Made by a program: the position numbers and the translations under genes. From NCBI GenBank assembly GCA_965205205.1, contig CBDBFX010000002.1:1821506-1885505 (forward strand): DNA of 64,000 bases, in the 5' to 3' direction. The DNA comes from Arenicellales bacterium (lineage in GTDB: Bacteria > Pseudomonadota > Gammaproteobacteria > Arenicellales > JAJDZL01). Each line of letters starts with the position of its first letter. Position 1 is the first letter of the stretch. This document shows, in pieces, positions 1-9,808 of the stretch. The notes under the pieces were generated by a model. The model was not told the DNA's origin. It worked only from the letters and a program-made list of their open reading frames with translations, and made no database searches.

Positions 1-218
1 GACGAGTATCACTTGCACAAGGGCCCCGAATTCGCTCATGGATTTATTTTCTGCAAACGGTGCGGAAACGGCGAGGTCAAAAGCGCAAAGTATAGCGTAT
101 GTGGATTTGCAGAACGATTGCCCTGTCCATAATTTATCGATCCTGAACTAGTGTGCGGTTTCTGTAGAGATCAAGCTGGCGCGCAGTTGATGGTATTCTG
201 CGAATCTGCTGTACGCGA

Positions 219-1280
219 CTAGAAATCGAAGTGTTTTAGAAGTACGCCACCTGCCTTGACGCAGCATTTATACCGCGCCCAATAGTTCCAAATGTAGCGG
301 CCGCTTTTGGAGATGCTCGGATGTGGCCATTCGGGTCTCCTTCCAAAAGTTTCGCACCGTCTGCTGTGATGTGGCAACAGCATCTGCCATCGGTCAGTCC
401 TTTCGTTCTCAACGGGCAGCCACTGGTGCCACTCCTGTCGAACGCAGCTGGCCTGCTCGTTGAATGGTGGCTCTCGCTGCCATTTTCCACCGCTCCTTTG
501 ACACTCACTGGGGCTCCGGGCCGTCGGATTCCCACGGATGGCCCGCGTTTCTCTTTTTAAGTTGAATGGTTCGGTTATGTGTCCGCTGCTGTCTCGCAGT
601 ACGATGTCAATCGCTCGTTGGCTAGCCACTGCCGCAGCCTTGCCCGCATGCGTCTGCATAATGAAGCCTGAGCGCGGATAGATGGACCCCCAGGAAAAAT
701 CGGGCCAGTATCCGATCTCACGAACTCCTGGCTGTCGCGCTTCGCGCCGATTCGCATCGGGTAGCCCGCTTCGCCAGGCGGTTGCATCGCGTACAGTGGA
801 ATAATAGGTAAACAGTGGCTGTGTGGCGCGCTTACACAGATAACGTGCCACATTCGGCAGCTGGGTCACGGGACTGCCATCTATATCCACTTCGTAGAAT
901 TTGAGATCGTCCTGTAGCAGATGAGAGGCGCCGACCCCGGTGATACCACCACCCGAAAGCGATGCCTCCAAGCTGCTCCGACTGCTGACCATCTGCTGGG
1001 CTCTATCCGACCATGGTGAATCACCGGTGTGTGGATAAGCCGCGACTACAAAATCTGGCAGACGATGTGAAATTTTCGGTGTCGTTACGACGCGGCATCC
1101 CAATATGGAACATCGCAGCCAGATGCAGGCGCCGACGATTTTCCACTCCAGGCAATCGGTACTGACCGAACGATCGACAATCTGCGCGGTCGATAAGGAA
1201 TCACTATGACAATTGAGCGGTAGAGCGCCGGCCAGTATCGCTAACAGCGCAATCGTTCGGCTCACCGGGATGCACGCCAA
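219..1280 (-). CDS. ICE conjugation protein, TIGR03756 / PFL_4710 family (TraU-like)
   Basis: 353-aa ORF. A signal peptide is followed by the Cys/Trp-rich block CLEWKIVGACIWLRCSILGC, typical of TraU-like proteins. It sits at the expected position after the TIGR03757-like gene and overlaps the upstream gene by 19 nt. Confidence 0.65.
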   Translation of the reverse strand: MACIPVSRTIALLAILAGALPLNCHSDSLSTAQIVDRSVSTDCLEWKIVGACIWLRCSILGCRVVTTPKISHRLPDFVVAAYPHTGDSPWSDRAQQMVSSRSSLEASLSGGGITGVGASHLLQDDLKFYEVDIDGSPVTQLPNVARYLCKRATQPLFTYYSTVRDATAWRSGLPDANRREARQPGVREIGYWPDFSWGSIYPRSGFIMQTHAGKAAAVASQRAIDIVLRDSSGHITEPFNLKRETRAIRGNPTARSPSECQRSGGKWQREPPFNEQASCVRQEWHQWLPVENERTDRWQMLLPHHSRRCETFGRRPEWPHPSISKSGRYIWNYWARYKCCVKAGGVLLKHFDF

Positions 1281-1681
1281 GCTGAAATCACCTCATCAAT
1301 GTCAATAATGCCGTAGAACGTAACATTCTCATTGACTACGGCGGCAGGAAATCTGTTGATGCCAAATCGTTCCAAAAGCAGTCGAATTTCAACTTCTGTC
1401 TTCAATGCCGTCCTGATGGCATTTAGATTCCGTTCTATTCGCGAGTCAGCCTGCCGTCTGGCAATCGAATTCTGACTCGCAAGATGTCGGCTGAGAAACC
1501 GGTCGGTGGCTCCCAGATCCTGCACATTGTGTACCCAGGTCTCGATGTGCGGGTGCTGAAGCGACGGGTGTTCACCAATGATAAAGAAGTGAATGCTGTG
1601 CGGGTATTCCGCTCCCAGGCAAACTGCTGGCGACCATCCGAACATCAGCACCAGTACGAAGGCGAGGTGCGTTTTTCTCAC
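1262..1681 (-). CDS. ICE protein, TIGR03757 / PFL_4709 family (assigned by position)
   Basis: 139-aa ORF with a signal peptide. Its ATG overlaps the stop of the TraC-like ATPase gene. The assignment rests on colinearity with PFGI-1-type transfer operons. Confidence 0.5.
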   Translation of the reverse strand: MRKTHLAFVLVLMFGWSPAVCLGAEYPHSIHFFIIGEHPSLQHPHIETWVHNVQDLGATDRFLSRHLASQNSIARRQADSRIERNLNAIRTALKTEVEIRLLLERFGINRFPAAVVNENVTFYGIIDIDEVISAWRASR

Positions 1682-4521
1682 GTCGCATCCTCACCCATTC
1701 TTTGTGTCCGTACGGATTCCGCAAGCAGATAAGCGGCCTCTATTTCCGAAATGTTTCGTAGTTTCATCAATTTCGCCCGCGCCGCTTTTTCATTTTTTTC
1801 CGTCTGACTGAGTGCCAGTGCCAAGGCGGGCGGAACATTTCTGAACAGCGTTATCAGACGTGGTGATATCAGCGTCCCTTCTGTGTACTGACCGGGCGCC
1901 TTGCGGGCCTGCCGCAACAGATCGCGTTGCGGGTCGGATAGGGATTTGAATCGTTCGATCTGGGCGATTTCATCTTCATCCATCGACAGGCAATACCACC
2001 ATTCGGGTTGATTGAGCAGTTCCTTTGCACTGTCCGGAAACTGACGGATACTCTGAGTGGCGATCCACAGCCAAGCGCCAAACGTACGCCACATTGCGCT
2101 GATGCGGTTGATGTAGGGTGAAATCAAAGGATTCTGCAGCAGGATGTGGGCTTCATCGATCACCACAATCGTCTGTCTGGCTTCGTACTGATTGCGTTCA
2201 ATTCGATTGTTGATTGATGCGATGAGTCCAGTCAATGCGACAGCCAGCCGATCTTCATAACCCCGTCTGGCCAGCAGATCCAGCTCGACGACCGTTACGT
2301 CGGCGTCAGGCCACGATTCACCTTCAGAATCGAATAGTTTCCCATTCAGTCCAGTACAGAAGACATTGCACGCGCTGGCCATCTGTGCGGCGCGCTGTCG
2401 TTGATGTTTGGACAAGCTGTGCTGACCAATCACCCCGCTGGATGATGCGTCATAGAGCGCCTCGACCAGATCTGAGGTCAGGGTCTGTCGCCGCCCGGCA
2501 AGTTTCGAGCGGCGGGCGGCGTCAAACAGTGTATTGCGAATTAAATCGATGTCGTCCCTTCTAAGACCGTTCTCTTCATTCGGCTGGCCACCGGTGATCA
2601 TCAGCCGCGCCTGAATTTCCATCTCACCGAGAAGATCTCGATAGTTGCCTGAGGTGGCTTCCTGTTGGTTGAATTCCTGAGTCAGAAGATCCTGTGCCTG
2701 GCGAAACGGAGGAATGGCGGAGTTGCGCTGGCCGTCAACTCGGAAATAATGAACGCTGAGTCCCTGAAGGCGGCAGTGCTCGGCGAACAGACCAAATGTC
2801 GATAGTGCTGATATCAATACGACTCGCGGGCGATGAACCGCAAGCGCGTGTAGCATCAGATAGATCACGAACGCGGTTTTACCTGAACCCGTCGGACCCA
2901 GCACTAACGAATGCGCATTCTTATCTCGTCCATTCGGAGCCAATGGATCAAACATGAGTGGTTCCGCACCTCGATTGAAGAGTATGCAGCCTGGCACGCC
3001 GGACCCAGTGGACGGCCCAAAGACGGGCGCGACTCTTGCAATATGACTGGAATACCATAGCCGCGCCCGGCGCGCGTTGGGCTTAGCGTCTTGATAGGGA
3101 TCGAATCCGAAAGGCAGCGCGCGGACATAACTGTCAAGCGCGATTGGGTCGTAGCGGGGTACAATCGGCCGAAGAGCGTGCAAAGACAGAAGATTCAGCA
3201 ACCGATCAGTTTTTCGATTGAGTTCCTTCAGGTTGGAACCGAACACAAAAACACCGGCAAACACCCGGTAAATCGGGTTGCCTCGAACGATTTCGCTCAG
3301 TGCGCAATCGGCCAGACTGCGTCGCTCTGTAGCGGCCGCATCATCACCGACTGAATTGGCTTTGACTCTGGCAATCTTTTCTTCAATCTGTTCCTGTGGT
3401 GAGTAGACGACGCTCATCGACCAGATAGAGCCTTCCGGAACCTGATCCCAGAGGGTGGCGACGGTGTTGCCAAACCGTCGTTCGATGGTCAGGTGTCCAA
3501 TTTTTGGCTCGGCACTCAGCTCATCAATTGTGATGAATCGACTCGGTTGGCTTCTGAACCACCAGATGCCAGGTCGTTTCCAAGTCCATGGCGCCGCACC
3601 ATGCAGAGCCGCCCGACCGATATCCGCACTTGCGGAACCCGAATAAAGTGCCATCGATCGAGATTTTCGATCGTTGTTCCATGGCCGAGCGTCAAGCAGT
3701 TCGAACGTATCCTTGAATCCAGTGTATTGGTCAGGTCTGGGGACGAACCAATAGGTCAACCACTCGTATAGATCCTCGGCGTTGGCCGGCAGCAGGTGGA
3801 TTTCCGATTCCGCCAGAGACTGCTGCAGCCGCAAACACAGCTGTTCAATAGTGGTGTCATCATCACTCTGCTTCGGGTTGCTCTTTCTCCAGATGCACAA
3901 GCGAATGCGGCGCAGTTTCCCTCGCCAGCCGATTGCGTTTGCCGCACCTTGCCGATAGAGGCCTCCAGGTCGGGTGAGGTCTCGAAAATGCTCTTCGATC
4001 GTGCGAAACCAGTGCTGGGTATAACGACTTTTCTGTAGCGTTTTTTCAGTATGCTCCGCCAGTCGACTTGAAACCAGACGCGTCAGTCCGTCACTGTCAT
4101 CCTGCACAAACCACTGTGTCAGCCATGGCTGAGAGTGGTGTTGTGGAAAAGTATCAGAAAGGGCGAGTTGCACTTTTTCCTGCATGCGTAACAATGTCGC
4201 CTCATTCTTGGCTTCCAGGTTCCCACAGGTAACCTCGAACATGCGACCGACGCTGGTTAGGTCCTGCAGTCCAATATTGCCGTTGCCAAGATCGACTCGC
4301 GGCGCCAGCAGATCAGAAAATGAAAGTGTGTTTTTCACCACCTTTCGATATTCTGGATCGGGATGCAGCAGTGGTTCCAGGTACTCGCTGACGGTCAGCG
4401 GCGTACAGTCCCGGCCGTCCCATTCGACTCGCGGCGTTTCCTGGCGGTCGGCCATCTTGGATTGATTCTCATGCGTAGCGGACCGAGTGCCGAGCGCGAG
4501 AATTTTTGACCAGATGTTCAT
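1678..4521 (-). CDS. Conjugative transfer ATPase, VirB4/TraC-like (TIGR03744, PFL_4706 family)
   Basis: 947 aa. It has Walker A GPTGSGKT and a Walker B-like VVIDEAH, and the size and position are typical of the ICE TraC ATPase. Start overlaps the upstream stop (ATGA). Confidence 0.9.
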   Translation of the reverse strand: MNIWSKILALGTRSATHENQSKMADRQETPRVEWDGRDCTPLTVSEYLEPLLHPDPEYRKVVKNTLSFSDLLAPRVDLGNGNIGLQDLTSVGRMFEVTCGNLEAKNEATLLRMQEKVQLALSDTFPQHHSQPWLTQWFVQDDSDGLTRLVSSRLAEHTEKTLQKSRYTQHWFRTIEEHFRDLTRPGGLYRQGAANAIGWRGKLRRIRLCIWRKSNPKQSDDDTTIEQLCLRLQQSLAESEIHLLPANAEDLYEWLTYWFVPRPDQYTGFKDTFELLDARPWNNDRKSRSMALYSGSASADIGRAALHGAAPWTWKRPGIWWFRSQPSRFITIDELSAEPKIGHLTIERRFGNTVATLWDQVPEGSIWSMSVVYSPQEQIEEKIARVKANSVGDDAAATERRSLADCALSEIVRGNPIYRVFAGVFVFGSNLKELNRKTDRLLNLLSLHALRPIVPRYDPIALDSYVRALPFGFDPYQDAKPNARRARLWYSSHIARVAPVFGPSTGSGVPGCILFNRGAEPLMFDPLAPNGRDKNAHSLVLGPTGSGKTAFVIYLMLHALAVHRPRVVLISALSTFGLFAEHCRLQGLSVHYFRVDGQRNSAIPPFRQAQDLLTQEFNQQEATSGNYRDLLGEMEIQARLMITGGQPNEENGLRRDDIDLIRNTLFDAARRSKLAGRRQTLTSDLVEALYDASSSGVIGQHSLSKHQRQRAAQMASACNVFCTGLNGKLFDSEGESWPDADVTVVELDLLARRGYEDRLAVALTGLIASINNRIERNQYEARQTIVVIDEAHILLQNPLISPYINRISAMWRTFGAWLWIATQSIRQFPDSAKELLNQPEWWYCLSMDEDEIAQIERFKSLSDPQRDLLRQARKAPGQYTEGTLISPRLITLFRNVPPALALALSQTEKNEKAARAKLMKLRNISEIEAAYLLAESVRTQRMGEDAT

Positions 4522-4925
4522 GGTTGAACTATTTCTCCTGGCAGTGCGTATTCAGCTGATTCGTACATTGGGAATGTTGTGGAATATCCGGGCACCGGCG
4601 CTCCTTCGAGTGAAAGATGGGGGAATACATACAGAATAATTGTTGGATTTGGCAGGCGCTGAAAATGCAGTGACAGCTCATTATTCACGTCTCTGGTATA
4701 CCCACCCAATTGGGTTGCGCGATCAGGGAGATGACGTAGACGTCGGAGTACCGGATCTGACGCGGCCTGATGTTGACTATAGATCTGTTCAATGGTCATC
4801 GCATTCTCAGAATGCAGTCTTTGCGAATCAAAAGGACTCGAGCAGGCGACGAGACTGGCTACCAGACTAATCAATCCAACCCTGAGAAGCATGAAAATCA
4901 TAATTGGCGGTTGAATATGAAACAT
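4518..4925 (-). CDS. Conjugal transfer lipoprotein (TIGR03751-like)
   Basis: The ORF track gives 4518..5039. The internal ATG at 4925 yields MFHIQPPIMIFMLLRVGLISLVASLVAC, with the lipobox LVAC. It lies between the TIGR03752-like gene and traC, as in PFGI-1-type ICEs. The start is uncertain (alternatives 4901 and 4892). Confidence 0.55.
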   Translation of the reverse strand: MFHIQPPIMIFMLLRVGLISLVASLVACSSPFDSQRLHSENAMTIEQIYSQHQAASDPVLRRLRHLPDRATQLGGYTRDVNNELSLHFQRLPNPTIILYVFPHLSLEGAPVPGYSTTFPMYESAEYALPGEIVQP

Positions 4926-6204
4926 GGATTTTACGGGCCGCAGGATCTTGGTCGATGGCAATCGTCTCTTCGATATGAACCGCAACGCTTTGACCTGCTG
5001 GAACGTAAATCGCATCAAATGAGTTGAGCTGTCGATCATTCAGCCACTCCGCGACCGTGGATAGAGACTCCTCTGTAGCGTACCCCACGACGTATCGGTC
5101 AAGATCACCGACCAGCGACGTCCTTGTTTCTCCGGTTCCCGGTACGGTCGCAGTTTCCGTTTGGGCATTGGCGATCGCTTCGGCTGTGGCCTGGGCGGTA
5201 TTGACAAGCGTTGCCTGTGTCAGGTATTGCAGCGCATTTGATTTCAGTTCTCCTGAGATGCATGGATTGCCGAACTCGTCCGATATCCAACCCAATCCGG
5301 TGTATGCGTTTGCCGGATCAGAAAATTTACGAGTGGTCTGAATGGTACCGTCGGCAAAGATGAACGTTGCGGTATCGATGTTGCCCGACACACAGGAAAG
5401 CGACAGGTCGCCCCGCGCGGTTCCGGCCAGCAGCATTCCTGCGAGGCGCGGAATTCGATGTCCGTTTGAGGCGATGTTCTGCGCTCCGACCAAGACTTTG
5501 AATCGCCATGGATCTTCCAGTTGGCCGCGTATCGGAATCCGACCGACCAATGCGGTTAATGCGGTTGCATCCAACAGTGTCGTCGTGGCGGGAATGGTGT
5601 AATAGGGGAACTGACGTGGCCCGCTTTCGGACTGTAGCAGCTCAGTGTCCATCAGTTCGCCACCGGTAGGAGAAAGATCGCGCTGCAGAGTCTCGTAGGT
5701 GGAATCAAACCAGTCAGAATCTACCGATGAAATCCAGTGGATCTGTGCGTCTTCAAATGGAGCTGTCGCTGATTCGTCGGCGGGTGGTAAACGCTTGTCT
5801 TCAAGACTTGACAGGCGCATCTCAAGATCATTCAAGCTGTCGGCGAGTTGTGCCATTGATGATGCCGGTGAATTGTGCTCGATTGTCGCGACGACGTTTT
5901 CAATTTCACGCTGCATGGATCTGCGCAGTCGCTCGCGCTCTGTGCGGTTGATTTCGGTTTGGTTCTCAATCACCTGTTCAATGTTGGAAATTCGGGTGGC
6001 AACCGCGCGCACCTCCTCCGCCGCATTGTCGCGGTCGGTTGATTTTGCGCCGTAACCGGCGTCGTCGCCTGAATACGGTGAGGAAGGCTCTGAGTCCATG
6101 ACTGCATCCAGCCCACCTTCTTTGCCGATGATTGTCCACAGCGCCAATGCGCACAGCGCTAGGACGCTGAACCAGAATAAAGGATGGGTTCCGAGTATTC
6201 GCAT
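4867..6204 (-). CDS. ICE protein, TIGR03752 / PFL_4705 family
   Basis: 445 aa with an N-terminal TM helix, a coiled-coil segment (EQVIENQTEINRTERERLRR) and a conserved C-terminal domain. Assigned by position in the colinear operon. Confidence 0.55.
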   Translation of the reverse strand: MRILGTHPLFWFSVLALCALALWTIIGKEGGLDAVMDSEPSSPYSGDDAGYGAKSTDRDNAAEEVRAVATRISNIEQVIENQTEINRTERERLRRSMQREIENVVATIEHNSPASSMAQLADSLNDLEMRLSSLEDKRLPPADESATAPFEDAQIHWISSVDSDWFDSTYETLQRDLSPTGGELMDTELLQSESGPRQFPYYTIPATTTLLDATALTALVGRIPIRGQLEDPWRFKVLVGAQNIASNGHRIPRLAGMLLAGTARGDLSLSCVSGNIDTATFIFADGTIQTTRKFSDPANAYTGLGWISDEFGNPCISGELKSNALQYLTQATLVNTAQATAEAIANAQTETATVPGTGETRTSLVGDLDRYVVGYATEESLSTVAEWLNDRQLNSFDAIYVPAGQSVAVHIEETIAIDQDPAARKIHVSYSTANYDFHASQGWID

Positions 6205-6205
6205 C

Positions 6206-7006
6206 TCAAAAATTGGCTGTTTCGAATGGAAGGTCGGAAATCAATATCAGTAAAGTGGTATCCCCAGGATGCCCTTTGGCATGCAGTTGGGTGTGAACGA
6301 AAGCCGCACTTCGCCAATTGCCCCGCAGTTCCCTTGGATCGAGAATGAGCTGTTGGGTGAGATTGTTGCTGATTTTAATCGTCGTAATGAAATGGTGTGG
6401 TGACTGCCAGCTGGACATGGGAGTTGATGTAACCGCGCCGGCGCAGGGGGTTGGAATTCGCAGTGCGCATCGAAATATTTCAAGTGGATTCGGATCAACC
6501 GACAGTCGCTGAACACCGGGTAGCTCATGCAGCAGTCTTTTCGGTGCATAGTGCTGCTGCACCACCCAGCGGGTCAGCTGCACGAAACCGTATTTTGTCT
6601 GCGCGAAGGGTTTTTCACGCCGGGTCTCAGCCGATTCAGCCAGAATCACCATGGGTTGATTGAAGCGTTCCGAGTGTTGTGCCCTGACCTCTAGAATAAT
6701 CCGCCCTGTGGGATTGGCCATCACTACCAGCCTGGTCGTAGATAGCGTGTCGACGGCTTTCAACCACAAGTGATTGCCGATGATTTCGACCTGCAGTTTA
6801 GATTTGACGGTCGGCGGAATGCCCAATCGCAGTGTCGTCGCACTAGGAATTGATATGTGCTGTTCTTCACCCACTGCGAGGTCGATTTGAAGCGGTGTCT
6901 TCGGCCAATAGTAGGTGGTTTCGGAAGCGCAGGCGACGTTCACAGCCAAGAGCTGCCATAGGAAGCATGCAAAAAATCGTGTGTTTCGACCGGAGGATGG
7001 CATCAT
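6206..7006 (-). CDS. ICE protein, TIGR03749 / PFL_4704 family
   Basis: 266 aa with a signal peptide. Start overlaps the upstream stop (ATGA). Assigned by synteny. Confidence 0.5.
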   Translation of the reverse strand: MMPSSGRNTRFFACFLWQLLAVNVACASETTYYWPKTPLQIDLAVGEEQHISIPSATTLRLGIPPTVKSKLQVEIIGNHLWLKAVDTLSTTRLVVMANPTGRIILEVRAQHSERFNQPMVILAESAETRREKPFAQTKYGFVQLTRWVVQQHYAPKRLLHELPGVQRLSVDPNPLEIFRCALRIPTPCAGAVTSTPMSSWQSPHHFITTIKISNNLTQQLILDPRELRGNWRSAAFVHTQLHAKGHPGDTTLLILISDLPFETANF

Positions 7007-7620
7007 GATTTGTCAGTGAACAGCCTTTCCGGCGATTTCTGCATGGTGTCAAGCAGTAGACCCCATGGATTGAACTCTGGATCTATGGCCTTTGAAATGA
7101 CCCGCAGGTGATAGCGAATCTTGGTGTCTTTGACCGATACGCCGTCGATGTTTTCCTTGAGCTCAACATCCAGTATGACGGTCCATCGCCCCGAACCATC
7201 CAGAATGACCGTGTTACGGAAGTCGGTGTTTCCAATGGGTAGGAGAAAACGGGTACGACCCAGCATCTCAGAAGTTCGTTTTTCGCCGTCGCGTCTCAGC
7301 CAGGCTTTGAACTGCGGCGTAAGAAATTCAGTCAGCCGCTCAAGATTTTTGGGGTAGTCATCAATGCAGTTGCGCGGGCAGCGGTTCAGCTGCTGCCAGA
7401 TGTAGCCGGCGAAGTTGTAGACCTCCCAGGGATGAATGGTGTTGAGTGAGATTTGGCCACCGTATCTCAGATCCGGTGGAATGCTGATGCGCTGCACTTT
7501 CGCCGCGTGCAGCCAGCCATACAGTGAGCCCACAAGACAGAGGCCGAGAAAAATCGAAACCGCCCGAAGCGTTCGGATATGACTGTACAGATTGGCGTCT
7601 GCGTGCAGATAACGGGGCAT
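7003..7620 (-). CDS. ICE protein, TIGR03746 / PFL_4703 family
   Basis: The ORF track gives 7003..7764. The ATG at 7620 lies 5 nt after the upstream stop (7625) and yields MPRYLHADANLYSH followed by a TM helix. Assigned by synteny. Confidence 0.5.
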   Translation of the reverse strand: MPRYLHADANLYSHIRTLRAVSIFLGLCLVGSLYGWLHAAKVQRISIPPDLRYGGQISLNTIHPWEVYNFAGYIWQQLNRCPRNCIDDYPKNLERLTEFLTPQFKAWLRRDGEKRTSEMLGRTRFLLPIGNTDFRNTVILDGSGRWTVILDVELKENIDGVSVKDTKIRYHLRVISKAIDPEFNPWGLLLDTMQKSPERLFTDKS

Positions 7621-7624
7621 CGCG

Positions 7625-7972
7625 TCATTCCTCCCGGACGGTTGACCAGCGTCCGGATTTGTAGACCATACCGCTGTCAAGTAGCGGGTGAAACTGGCAG
7701 TAGAACTTGCGCAGATACCAGCCATCGGGTTTGCCCTGCTTGATGGTCTTGAGAAGATTGGCAATACCAGCCACGATGATCAGCAGACCACCTAAGAACA
7801 ATGCAAACCCGAGAAAAATGGCATGCAGTCCATCCAGAACCAAAAAACCAATGACAGATGCCAAAGGCAACCAAACGCATCCGGTCAGTACTGTAATGGA
7901 CAGGAGTTCGCTCGCGCTGCAGCCTTTATAGAGCCGGGTTTCGTAGTCCAGTGCCGCGCAGGGAATCAGCAT
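7625..7972 (-). CDS. Conjugative transfer region membrane protein (TIGR03750-like)
   Basis: The ATG at 7972 lies 2 nt after the upstream TAG (7977..7975). The 115-aa product has two TM helices. Assigned by synteny. Confidence 0.5.
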   Translation of the reverse strand: MLIPCAALDYETRLYKGCSASELLSITVLTGCVWLPLASVIGFLVLDGLHAIFLGFALFLGGLLIIVAGIANLLKTIKQGKPDGWYLRKFYCQFHPLLDSGMVYKSGRWSTVREE

Positions 7973-7974
7973 GA

Positions 7975-8370
7975 CTAGATGTTCAGTATGCCGCTCAATC
8001 TTTCCGATCCCCACCAGGCGCCGAAAATGACGACCAGTATGACCAGCAGACCTGCACCGAAATAGATGCTGAATCGACCCCATTCCCCTTTTTGCCTTGC
8101 ATCGTTCACCTCCGAAATCAATCCGCTTGAGAAGCCGATCAGGGCGAAGACCACGATGATGGTCAGACCGAGAAATATGATGTAGCGAATGCTCGCCACA
8201 ACGTACCCGATGGGGTCATTTTCGCTGAATGTCGCAGTCCCAATTTTGGGTGGAGCCGGCAGAGCGTTCTGCGCTTCGCAGGCACTGGCAAACAACCACA
8301 GCGCGGCCGCCAGCATCGTGACCAAAAATCGCCAGCCGCGATATTTTTCATGTTTTGATGATCTGTTCAT
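7975..8370 (-). CDS. ICE membrane protein, TIGR03745 / PFL_4702 family
   Basis: The ATG at 8370 follows the upstream stop (8372). The product has a signal peptide and two TM helices. Assigned by synteny. Confidence 0.5.
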   Translation of the reverse strand: MNRSSKHEKYRGWRFLVTMLAAALWLFASACEAQNALPAPPKIGTATFSENDPIGYVVASIRYIIFLGLTIIVVFALIGFSSGLISEVNDARQKGEWGRFSIYFGAGLLVILVVIFGAWWGSERLSGILNI

Positions 8371-8371
8371 A

Positions 8372-8605
8372 CTATAGAAAAGCAATTAGTGTCAGAAAAA
8401 TCAGTACCACGCAAAGCGATCGAAGACATTCGAAAAGTAATTCGACGAACCCCGTCTGATGGCTTCGTAACTTTTCGAGAGAGCCATATACGATCCAAAT
8501 CCACCACGCGATGGAAGTGGATGCAAGTACACTTGCGATGATGATTTTGAGAATCTCAAAATTGACATCGGGATTGACGCCCAGACCGATCGATTCATCT
8601 TCCAT
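8372..8605 (-). CDS. ICE membrane protein, TIGR03758 / PFL_4701 family
   Basis: 77-aa, two-TM ORF in the expected position between the RAQPRD-family and TIGR03745-like genes. Confidence 0.45.
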   Translation of the reverse strand: MEDESIGLGVNPDVNFEILKIIIASVLASTSIAWWIWIVYGSLEKLRSHQTGFVELLFECLRSLCVVLIFLTLIAFL

Positions 8606-9092
8606 AATTTCCTACGATTGGGTCCAGATTTCTTGGTGAATAGACGGGCGTTTGAATATGTGCATGAATACCCTGCAGTATCGATAGGATGTCAGTGCGC
8701 AGCTGATAGTAGTCAAAGCGAATGCGCGCATCAGGATCCGCGCTGGATTCAGCCTCTCGAATCAGCGCTTCCAATTCTTCAATCGTTCTTGCCAGTCTGG
8801 TGAGAACCTGTAGTTCCGATGAACCGGTGCGCAGAACGACGATCGGCTGATGGGTGTGAGATTCAGTCTCGAAAGTTGCCGGTGCATCTAGGTTCGTCTT
8901 GATGGGTGAATCCTCCTTTGCTGCGCAGGCGTTGAGACTGACGACTGCAGTCAGCAGCATGATTTTTAAGATTGATTTGATTGTTAATGGCATCATAGGC
9001 ACGAACCGACTGCTCAGTCCAGTCGAAATAGAAAGTTCATCTGACCACATTTTTTTACCTGTTGCTGTGTGTCGTTCTTTCGAGTCATTCAT
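8595..9092 (-). CDS. RAQPRD-family ICE protein
   Basis: The C-terminal block ELEALIREAESSADPDARIRFDYYQLRTDILSILQGI matches my recollection of the RAQPRD-family signature (xRxHFDYxRLxxDLxxIxxGI). A lipobox-like LNAC is present. The start may be the internal MM at about 8996. Confidence 0.6.
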   Translation of the reverse strand: MNDSKERHTATGKKMWSDELSISTGLSSRFVPMMPLTIKSILKIMLLTAVVSLNACAAKEDSPIKTNLDAPATFETESHTHQPIVVLRTGSSELQVLTRLARTIEELEALIREAESSADPDARIRFDYYQLRTDILSILQGIHAHIQTPVYSPRNLDPIVGNYGR

Positions 9093-9781
9093 TTCACTCG
9101 ATAAATTCCGGGTTTAACATCAACCATTCGCCCTTTGGCCTGTCTGATGGTGATTCTGTCATGTCGAAGATCCCTGAGCGGAATTTGGTTGGCAATGGCC
9201 CAGGATTTCAAATCCGCAACATCAAATTCGTTCTGAACATAGATGTCCAGCGAGCCTCCGTGCCGGACATGTTTCAGTCCATCGCGCAGCTGATCCGTAC
9301 ACGTCGAATCGGTGCAGAGAAAAGAGGTGATCAGTAGGAGACGATCGCTTTGCTGTGTTGTCTGTTGCGTTTCGGCGGTCAACTCTGCGATCGCATTCGC
9401 ATAGGCCGTTTCAAATTGAAGTATGGCCATCGTTGTGTGGAGTTGTCGTTGCGCGAACAGCCTGGCATAGTGGTTGCGCCGTTCGTCGCTGATTGCGAAA
9501 ATTCCCAACCACTCGAGCGGGGTAATCGCCGGCGATAGTAAGCCTTGATACTCCGTTTTAAGATGTTTGATCTGCAGGTATTCGTCGGCAGACAGGTTCC
9601 AGGCTTTTACGGTTTCGAGTTCTGACTCTGTCAGTTCCGTATTGACGCCGACGGAATGTTTTATGGTGGTCGTTTCGATCGCGGTAGACAAAGACGGAGA
9701 TATCGCAGTCAAAACGGCGAATAGGATCATCGCGGTCAATCTGCGGGTCATCGTTTCCATCCTGAGGGACTGTTCATTCAT
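9089..9781 (-). CDS. ICE protein, TIGR03759 / PFL_4693 family
   Basis: 230 aa with a signal peptide. The block WNLSADEYLQIKHLKTEYQGLLSPAITPLEWLGIFAISDERRNHYARLFA resembles the conserved core recalled for this family. Confidence 0.5.
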   Translation of the reverse strand: MNEQSLRMETMTRRLTAMILFAVLTAISPSLSTAIETTTIKHSVGVNTELTESELETVKAWNLSADEYLQIKHLKTEYQGLLSPAITPLEWLGIFAISDERRNHYARLFAQRQLHTTMAILQFETAYANAIAELTAETQQTTQQSDRLLLITSFLCTDSTCTDQLRDGLKHVRHGGSLDIYVQNEFDVADLKSWAIANQIPLRDLRHDRITIRQAKGRMVDVKPGIYRVK

Positions 9782-9808
9782 ATCAATCGGGTAAACCGAC
9801 TCCTGATT

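Noticed and set aside
1-218. A possible 5' end of the next ICE gene (minus-strand ATG at 39, MSEFGALVQVILV...) at the expected TIGR03755 position.
   Set aside because: Only 13 codons are visible before the window edge, which is too little to support a call.
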